A stretch of DNA of 64,000 nucleotides, from positions 10,938-74,937 of the forward strand of contig JAZQAZ010000014.1 in NCBI GenBank assembly GCA_045545475.1. The letters run 5' to 3'. Both the position numbers and the translations under genes were made by a program. The stretch is from Clostridia bacterium. Lineage in GTDB: Bacteria > Bacillota > Clostridia > CAKSNL01 > HGM11501. The notes under the pieces were generated by a model. It worked only from the letters and a program-made list of their open reading frames with translations. It was not told the origin of the DNA and did no database searches. This document shows, piece after piece, positions 57,707 to 64,000 of the stretch. The number at the start of each line of letters is the position of its first letter. Position 1 is the stretch's first letter.

Positions 57707-58807
57707 ATGCGAGTAATAGTATCTGGTGGCGGAACCGGTGGTCATATAAATCCGGCGATAGCCATTGCAAAATACATTAAAGAAGTTGAGCCGGAATCTG
57801 AAATTTTATATGTGGGAACAGAACACGGACTTGAAAAAAAACTTGTGCCGGCACAGAATATTGATATAGCATATATTGATGTGTACGGATTTAAGAGGAA
57901 ACTGTCTCCTAAGAATATATATGTTGCATTTAAAGCACTTAAAGGTATAGCGGACAGTAAAAAAATTATTAAAAAATTCAAGCCTGATGCTGTTATAGGC
58001 ACAGGTGGCTATGTATGCGGCCCGCTTCTTCAGGCGGCTGTTAAAATGAAAATTCCCACGTTGATACATGAGCAGAATGTAATTCCGGGACTGACGGTTA
58101 AAATGCTTGCAGACAAAGTAGATGTGGTAGCTACAAGCTTTGATACCACTAAAAACTATCTTAAAAAACATAAAAAGATAGTGCTTGCAGGTAATCCTGT
58201 AAGGGCAGATTTGCTGAAAGTTACCCGCTTTGAGGCCAGAATAAAATTTAATCTTGACGAAAAGCCTACAGTACTTTTCATGGGCGGAAGCCTTGGGGCG
58301 AAAAGCATAAACAATGCCCTTGCTGAAATTGTTTCCAGGGGAATGGCGGAGGACTACAACATCATAGCTTCGACAGGGGAACGCAATTACGAAGCGGTTA
58401 TGAGTGAGATTAAAAAGAATATTGACGAAATTCCTTCTAACATTACAATCGCACCTTATATTTATAATACCGATGTGGCTTTTGCGGCAGCAGACTTGAT
58501 TGTGTGCAGAACAGGAGCGGTGACGGTAAGCGAACTTGCAGCGACAGGTAAACCTTCAATTGTTGTTCCCAGTCCCAATGTTGCACATAATCATCAGGAA
58601 TATAATGCGAGATATTTATCAGACAGGGGTGCAGCCGTTCTTATACATGATGATGAACTTACGGGAATAAAGCTTAATGCAGAAATTCTTGCTCTTGTAA
58701 ATAACCGTGATTTACTTTCGGAAATGAGCAAAAATGCAAAAACAGTTGCGATTTATGATGCAACGGACAAAATTTATACTACAGTAAAAAAGCTCATCAA
58801 AGATTAA
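57707..58807 (+). CDS. murG: UDP-N-acetylglucosamine--N-acetylmuramyl-(pentapeptide) pyrophosphoryl-undecaprenol GlcNAc transferase
   Basis: MRVIVSGGGTGGHINPAIAIA and the GT28 fold. Confidence 0.93.
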   Translation: MRVIVSGGGTGGHINPAIAIAKYIKEVEPESEILYVGTEHGLEKKLVPAQNIDIAYIDVYGFKRKLSPKNIYVAFKALKGIADSKKIIKKFKPDAVIGTGGYVCGPLLQAAVKMKIPTLIHEQNVIPGLTVKMLADKVDVVATSFDTTKNYLKKHKKIVLAGNPVRADLLKVTRFEARIKFNLDEKPTVLFMGGSLGAKSINNALAEIVSRGMAEDYNIIASTGERNYEAVMSEIKKNIDEIPSNITIAPYIYNTDVAFAAADLIVCRTGAVTVSELAATGKPSIVVPSPNVAHNHQEYNARYLSDRGAAVLIHDDELTGIKLNAEILALVNNRDLLSEMSKNAKTVAIYDATDKIYTTVKKLIKD

Positions 58808-58855
58808 CACAAAAAAGCTTCCTTGCATAGAATATTGCATAGGGGGCGATAGGAT

Positions 58856-60106
58856 TTGAGCAAGTACATAATAAATGGTGATAGAGCTTTAAGAGGCCGT
58901 GTGAAGATACACGGTGCCAAAAATGCGGTATTGCCGATTTTAGCCGCTGCTGTTGTAAGCGGAAAAGAAAGCATAATTCATAACTGTCCTAATTTAAGCG
59001 ATGTGGCAGAGTCTCTTGAAATTCTTAAGTTTCTTGGGTGCGACGCCACATTGAAAGAAGGAACGGCAGTAATTGATTCGGGAAATCTTGTAACAAATGA
59101 AGTTCCCGGAGAGCTTATGCTCAAAATGCGTTCTTCGGTAATTTTCCTGGGTGCTCTTATTGCAAGGTGTAAAAGCGGAAGAGTAACACTTCCGGGAGGC
59201 TGTGAAATCGGGCCAAGACCCATTGATTTGCATCTTAAGGCCTTTAGAAAAATGGGGATAGAAATTGAGGATGCCGGAGGAATTATTTCGTGTGATGCAC
59301 GTCATATGAAAAGTGCAGAGGTGCATCTTGATTTTCCCAGCGTCGGAGCAACGGAAAATATAATGCTTGCAGCGACAGGAGCAAAGGGGATTACAAAGAT
59401 AACCAATGCTGCAAAAGAACCTGAAATAGCGGATTTACAGGAATATCTTAAAAAAGCCGGTTATAATGTATCCGGAGCCGGCAGTGATACTGTATACATA
59501 GAAGGCAGAGTCGAGGGAGAAAAGGCAGAGCATACCATAATTCCCGACAGAATTGAAGCGGCTACTTACGCTTGTGCTGTGCTCATGACAAAAGGAAAGG
59601 CGGAGCTGTGCGATATTTGTGCGGAACATATGCAAGCATTTTTTGCAGCTCTCAAAGATTGCGGTGCAAGTGTTGATTTTAGAAATAAAAGTGCTATAAT
59701 AGAATATAAAGAACGATTAAAAGCAGTAAAGCATATAAGAACACAACCTTATCCCGGATTTCCCACCGATATGCAGTCGGTATTCATGAGTCTTATGACA
59801 ATGGCAGAAGGAACATCTGTTATTACCGAAAACATTTTCAGAGACAGATTTCATCACGTTGACGGACTTATAAGGATGGGTGCCGATATTGTCACTGACG
59901 GAAGTGTTGCTGTTATAAGAGGTAAAAACAGCCTTTCCGGAGCACATGTTTCAGCCAACGATTTAAGAGGCGGTGCGGCTCTTACCGTGGCGGCTTTGGC
60001 GGCGAAAGGGAAAAGCGTTGTGGATAACCTTTGCTACATAGACAGAGGTTATGAAAAATTTGAGGAGAATTTAAGACTGCTGGGAGCAGATATACAAAGG
60101 AAGTGA
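58856..60106 (+). CDS. murA: UDP-N-acetylglucosamine 1-carboxyvinyltransferase
   Basis: INGDRALRGRVKIHGAKNAVLPILAAA and overall EPT-fold pattern. Apparent TTG start. Confidence 0.9.
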   Translation: MSKYIINGDRALRGRVKIHGAKNAVLPILAAAVVSGKESIIHNCPNLSDVAESLEILKFLGCDATLKEGTAVIDSGNLVTNEVPGELMLKMRSSVIFLGALIARCKSGRVTLPGGCEIGPRPIDLHLKAFRKMGIEIEDAGGIISCDARHMKSAEVHLDFPSVGATENIMLAATGAKGITKITNAAKEPEIADLQEYLKKAGYNVSGAGSDTVYIEGRVEGEKAEHTIIPDRIEAATYACAVLMTKGKAELCDICAEHMQAFFAALKDCGASVDFRNKSAIIEYKERLKAVKHIRTQPYPGFPTDMQSVFMSLMTMAEGTSVITENIFRDRFHHVDGLIRMGADIVTDGSVAVIRGKNSLSGAHVSANDLRGGAALTVAALAAKGKSVVDNLCYIDRGYEKFEENLRLLGADIQRK

Positions 60107-60110
60107 TTGC

Positions 60111-61016
60111 GTGCCGGATGCGAAAAACAAAAGAAGAAATACCGATGAAAATGGCGACAGGGTAAAACGAAGAAGAAAAAGAAGGCGTAAAAGAGGTATT
60201 ATAAGCTTTCTGTTTATAATTCTTATCTTGCTTTGTGTTGGGCTTATAATAATCAAGACTCCGCTTTTTAATGTGGAAAAAGTGACGGTTAAAGGAAACG
60301 TGCTGGTATCGGAAGAAGACATTTTTAAGGTATCCGGTATATATGAGGGGCAAAATATTTTTGATCACTTAAGTTCCTACTATGAAGAAAAAATTCATAC
60401 ACTGCCGTATGTAAGTACAGTTAAAGTGCAAAAGAAGTTTCCTTCCGAGATTTATATAACAGTGAGTGAGGAATATGAATACGCCGTTTTGGATTTCGGA
60501 GGAGTGGGAGTGTTCTGCGATAAACATGGTAAATCTATAAAAATCGCTACAATGGAAGAAACGGAAAAACTGATAAAGTTTACCGGATGTCACGAAGGGA
60601 CCTATGAATTGGGAAATTATATCAGGCTTGAAAGTGACAAGGAGACGGAAACTTTTAAAAAGTGCCTGGCAGCCATTGAAGAATACGGATTCCTTGATGT
60701 AACGGAAGTGAATATGGCAGATATAAACGATTTGGTATTCACAGTGGACGGGAATCTTACGGTAAAGATTGGCGAGCTCGGAGACGAAGATGAGCTTTCG
60801 TATAAAATGGCATATATAAAAGAGGTCATAGATTCACTGCCTCACGGCATCAGCGGAATTATTGATGCAACCAATCCGGAAGCAGGAGTATCATACAGAA
60901 CCGGGGAATATGAATATACACCTTCCGCAGAAGAAGCTACAGAAGAAATTATGGAAGAAGTGGCGGAAGAGGGTGTTGAAAGCATAGAAGAGACGGAAAA
61001 TACGGCAGGTGAATAA
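60111..61016 (+). CDS. ftsQ: Cell division protein FtsQ/DivIB (POTRA domain)
   Basis: GTG start. Arg-rich cytoplasmic tail, one TM, then a POTRA domain (VEKVTVKGNVLVSEEDI). Confidence 0.8.
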   Translation: MPDAKNKRRNTDENGDRVKRRRKRRRKRGIISFLFIILILLCVGLIIIKTPLFNVEKVTVKGNVLVSEEDIFKVSGIYEGQNIFDHLSSYYEEKIHTLPYVSTVKVQKKFPSEIYITVSEEYEYAVLDFGGVGVFCDKHGKSIKIATMEETEKLIKFTGCHEGTYELGNYIRLESDKETETFKKCLAAIEEYGFLDVTEVNMADINDLVFTVDGNLTVKIGELGDEDELSYKMAYIKEVIDSLPHGISGIIDATNPEAGVSYRTGEYEYTPSAEEATEEIMEEVAEEGVESIEETENTAGE

Positions 61017-61158
61017 AGGAAGAAATATAAACTATGAAAACCGAAGGTTGAAGTGAAAAAATAAGGATAATTGCGAAAAAAGTTTCACTTTAGTCATTGA
61101 CAAATTGCAAAAAATAGTATAATATATAATAGTAAAATTGGATAAGGAGGCAATAAAT

Positions 61159-62217
61159 ATGCCGGAGGATAGAATTGATATGAATGAAACACAGGTTATA
61201 AAAGTAATTGGTGTAGGTGGCGGCGGTAACAACGCTGTTAACCGAATGGTAGATGCAGGTGTTAAACACGTTGAGTTTATCGCTGTTAATACAGACGCTC
61301 AGGCTTTGGCTTGCTCAAAGGCTGACAGAACTCTTCAGATAGGTGACAAAGTAACAAAGGGACAGGGTGCAGGTTCAGATCCCGAAGTTGGTAAGAAAGC
61401 CGCTGAAGAATCCGTTGCTGAAATTGAAAAGGCAATAGAAAATGCAGACATGGTATTCATCGCTGCAGGTATGGGTGGCGGAACCGGTACAGGTGCAGCT
61501 CCCGTTATCGCAGGCATTGCAAAGAATAAGGGTATCCTTACAGTAGGTATCGTTACAAAGCCCTTCCAGTTTGAAGGTAAGAGAAGAATGGACAAGGCTA
61601 TGGAAGGTATCGAAGCTCTTAAGGCTAATGTTGATACAATCGTTGTTATCCCCAATGACAAGCTTCTTACAATCGGAAGTGCAAAGACCACATTAATCGA
61701 TGCATTCAAGATGGCTGACGAAGCTCTCCGTCAGGGTGTACAGGGTATCACAGAACTTATCGGAAATGTTGGTTTCATGAACGCAGACTTTGCTGACGTA
61801 ACAAGCGTTATGAAGGATGCAGGATGTGCACACTTCGGTATCGGACGTGCTTCCGGCGAAAACAGAGCAGAACTTGCTGCTAAGGCTGCAATTGAAGCTC
61901 CCCTTCTTGAAACAAATATTGAAGGTGCAACAGGTATTCTTATGTGCATCTCCGGTAACAGAGACCTTTCTCTCTTTGAAGTTAACGAAGCTGCAGAGCT
62001 TGTTCAGAGCTATGCTGACCCCAACGTATTCTTTAAGATGGGTATGATTAATGACGAAGCTATGGGAGATGATGTTTCTATTACAATCATCGCAACAGGC
62101 TTTGAGGGCAAGGAAAAGAAGAAGGAAGATTCTATTTTCGGAGCACTTAATTTAGGTGGATCTGACGATACATATCCCGACATTCCCAGCTTTCTTAAAA
62201 AGCCTGACTTAGAATAA
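61159..62217 (+). CDS. ftsZ: Cell division GTPase FtsZ
   Basis: [13 protein letters not shown] tubulin signature and [17 protein letters not shown]. Starts at ATG 61159 after AAGGAGG. Confidence 0.97.
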   Translation: MPEDRIDMNETQVIKVIGVGGGGNNAVNRMVDAGVKHVEFIAVNTDAQALACSKADRTLQIGDKVTKGQGAGSDPEVGKKAAEESVAEIEKAIENADMVFIAAGMGGGTGTGAAPVIAGIAKNKGILTVGIVTKPFQFEGKRRMDKAMEGIEALKANVDTIVVIPNDKLLTIGSAKTTLIDAFKMADEALRQGVQGITELIGNVGFMNADFADVTSVMKDAGCAHFGIGRASGENRAELAAKAAIEAPLLETNIEGATGILMCISGNRDLSLFEVNEAAELVQSYADPNVFFKMGMINDEAMGDDVSITIIATGFEGKEKKKEDSIFGALNLGGSDDTYPDIPSFLKKPDLE

Positions 62218-62223
62218 GAAATA

Positions 62224-62252
62224 TAAAAGCCCGGTTTTCCGGGCTTTTTTGA
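62224..62252 (+). terminator. Rho-independent terminator after ftsZ
   Basis: aagcccgg-tttt-ccgggctt followed by TTTTTT. Confidence 0.85.
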
Positions 62253-62265
62253 TAGGAGGATAACT

Positions 62266-63312
62266 GTGTTTGATTTAGATAGATATATGATTCCTTTCTG
62301 GGAAGGAAGCGTTGTAGAGGACGAATCATGCTTTGTAATGGAGGATGAGGCAGGGACTCTAATTCCCATAAACCTTTTATACAAGCCGGATAAAGTTCTC
62401 AAGGTAACAGACTATACACTTACGGTTACTTATGAAGAGGGAAAAGATTATAAGGTGGAGGACGGAAAAATTATAGTTCTTCCAGAAGGAAAGATTCCGG
62501 TTATGAAGAGGAAGGACTTCTTTCTTGATGAAAAAATAGAAGGAAAGTCTTTTATGCGTTGTAACGGAAAGTATCTTGCCTTTGCTGAGTGGGTACTTAT
62601 GTATCCTTATCAGATAGCGGTTACTTATGAACATTCGGATAAGTGGGATAGATATATCCCCGGGTCAAAAGGAACGAAGCTTGAAAACTTTATAAAGAAG
62701 CTTGAAGCGAAAGCTCCTGTAAAAATTCTCGTTTTCGGGGACAGTATATCGGCAGGTGCGAATGCTACATCCTTAAAGGCAGAAATGTTGCCCGGTCTTC
62801 CTAAGTGGGACGCACTTTTGGTGCATGAACTAAAAAAGAAATACGGATATGATGATATTGAAATCGTAAATACATCCGTTGGCGGAAAGGCTAGTAAATG
62901 GGGTGTTGAAACGGTGGAAGAAAACGCTGTAAAATATGATGCTGACCTTGCAATTATCGGCTTTGGCATGAATAACTGTGCTACAACACTTCCCGATTTC
63001 AAGGAGGATATAGAGAATATATGTAAGGCTCTTCGCAAAGGAAAGAGCGACACGGATATTATTCTTCTCGCAACAATGCTTCCGAATAAGCTTCTTGCAG
63101 GTTTCTGGGGAAATCAGATGTATCAGCAATATGTACTTAATGAAATTGCCGAGGATTTTAAGAATACGGTTGTCTGCAATATGACAGAGTATCATAAGGC
63201 GATGCTTGAAACCAAGAAGTTTGAAGATATGACGGGAAATAACGTAAATCATCCTAATGATTTTCTTATAAGAGGATATGCTCAGTGCCTCGTAAAAACA
63301 CTTGAAAAATAA
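62266..63312 (+). CDS. SGNH/GDSL hydrolase family protein
   Basis: GTG start after AGGAGGA. VFGDSISAG (block I GDS) and DLAIIGFGMNN (block III). C-terminal DxxH-like NHPND. Confidence 0.75.
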   Translation: MFDLDRYMIPFWEGSVVEDESCFVMEDEAGTLIPINLLYKPDKVLKVTDYTLTVTYEEGKDYKVEDGKIIVLPEGKIPVMKRKDFFLDEKIEGKSFMRCNGKYLAFAEWVLMYPYQIAVTYEHSDKWDRYIPGSKGTKLENFIKKLEAKAPVKILVFGDSISAGANATSLKAEMLPGLPKWDALLVHELKKKYGYDDIEIVNTSVGGKASKWGVETVEENAVKYDADLAIIGFGMNNCATTLPDFKEDIENICKALRKGKSDTDIILLATMLPNKLLAGFWGNQMYQQYVLNEIAEDFKNTVVCNMTEYHKAMLETKKFEDMTGNNVNHPNDFLIRGYAQCLVKTLEK

Positions 63313-63321
63313 TATAGATAA

Positions 63322-63358
63322 ACGAAAAACGGAAATGCTTTTGCATTTCCGTTTTTCG
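63322..63358. terminator. Bidirectional terminator (SGNH gene convergent with recA)
   Basis: A-run, then acggaaatgc-tttt-gcatttccgt, then T-run. Confidence 0.85.
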
Positions 63359-63436
63359 TTTAGAAAATCATTGAATAAAAGGGTATATATCTCTCAAAGC
63401 CATTTGGGGTAAAGGACTTTGAAGGGATTGGTGAAA

Positions 63437-64000
63437 TTACTCTTCCTCGTTACCTTCAAGGAAATCGTCAGACAAATCATCGTCCTTGCTCTTGGGAGCA
63501 GTTTCAGCCTTGTAGTGAGCTAAAACCTTTTCTTTTACTTCACTGAATACCTCGGGATGCTCGATTAAGTACTGCTTGGCGTTTTCTCTGCCCTGTGCGA
63601 TACGTTCTCCGTTATAGGAAATCCACGCACCTGCCTTGTTTATGATGTCAAGCTCAACAGCCATGTCAAGAACAACACCTTCGGGAGCAAAGCCTTTACC
63701 GAAAATCATATCAAACTCAGCCTTCTTGAAGGGAGGAGCAACCTTATTTTTAACAATTTTAACCTTGGTTTTGGTACCGATAACATTTGCACCTTCTTTT
63801 ATAGGCTCTCCCTTACGGATGTCCATTCTTACGGAGGAATAGAACTTTAGAGCCATACCGCCGGTGGTTGTTTCGGGATTTCCGAACATAACGCCGACTT
63901 TTTCACGGAGCTGGTTGATAAATACAACGATGGTATTTGTCTTGTTAATAACACCGGCAAGCTTTCTTAATGCCTTGGACATAAGTCTTGCTTGCATGCC
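63437..64000 (-). CDS. recA: Recombinase RecA (C-terminal part; N-terminus beyond window end)
   Basis: [37 protein letters not shown] and acidic C-terminal tail. The ORF continues past position 64000. Confidence 0.95.
   Translation of the reverse strand, partial: GMQARLMSKALRKLAGVINKTNTIVVFINQLREKVGVMFGNPETTTGGMALKFYSSVRMDIRKGEPIKEGANVIGTKTKVKIVKNKVAPPFKKAEFDMIFGKGFAPEGVVLDMAVELDIINKAGAWISYNGERIAQGRENAKQYLIEHPEVFSEVKEKVLAHYKAETAPKSKDDDLSDDFLEGNEEE

Noticed and set aside
63437-63997. ORF-track start (MQARL...) taken as the recA start
   Set aside because: That Met is internal. The RecA ATPase core (Walker motifs) lies upstream of it, beyond position 64000, so the gene is called as partial.
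1-64000. CRISPR arrays, IS elements/transposases, integrases, prophage genes, tRNA/rRNA genes
   Set aside because: I saw no regularly spaced direct repeats, no DDE/serine/tyrosine recombinase-like ORFs, and no tRNA-like cloverleaf candidates in the short intergenic spacers.

Overview
This 64-kb window looks like a low-GC Firmicutes (Clostridia) chromosome, with roughly 43-45% GC estimated by eye. The genus guess rests on SpoVD-type PBP with PASTA domains, SLH-domain protein, GTP-dependent PEPCK, GlgC/GlgD pair and strong AGGAGG-type RBSs, and is likely Oscillospiraceae / Ruminococcus-like. Almost every gene is recognisable. From the left: a partial FAD oxidoreductase, GTP-PEPCK, then a small AraC-regulated intracellular glycan-processing cluster (GH clan-A hydrolase, SASA/DUF303 acetylesterase, beta-helix protein). 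Next comes an ECF sigma / anti-sigma / secreted SLH-PepSY module, and a stand-alone tandem-TIR + TPR protein directly upstream of luxS-mtnN-DUF896. These are followed by metA-metY, an ArsR regulator with a histone-like tail, an M18 aminopeptidase, and a 2256-aa surface protein with an N-terminal extracytoplasmic MBL domain. Between rlmD and dus sits a low-GC four-gene cassette: a PD-(D/E)xK-like protein, a 2-TM protein, a compact RNase-J-like beta-CASP nuclease and a Pol-beta nucleotidyltransferase. The rest is flavodoxin, a HAD hydrolase, a 627-aa unknown, a complete glycogen operon (glgB-glgC-glgD-glgA-glgP plus a GH13 enzyme) on the minus strand, tautomerase-ApbE-EamA, VanZ, a long dcw cell-division cluster (mraZ to ftsZ), an SGNH hydrolase and partial recA. 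I found no CRISPR arrays, transposases, integrases or tRNA/rRNA genes. The best candidates for something undescribed are the low-GC nuclease/NTase cassette at 29.0-32.2 kb and the tandem-TIR-TPR gene at 12.5-14.6 kb.
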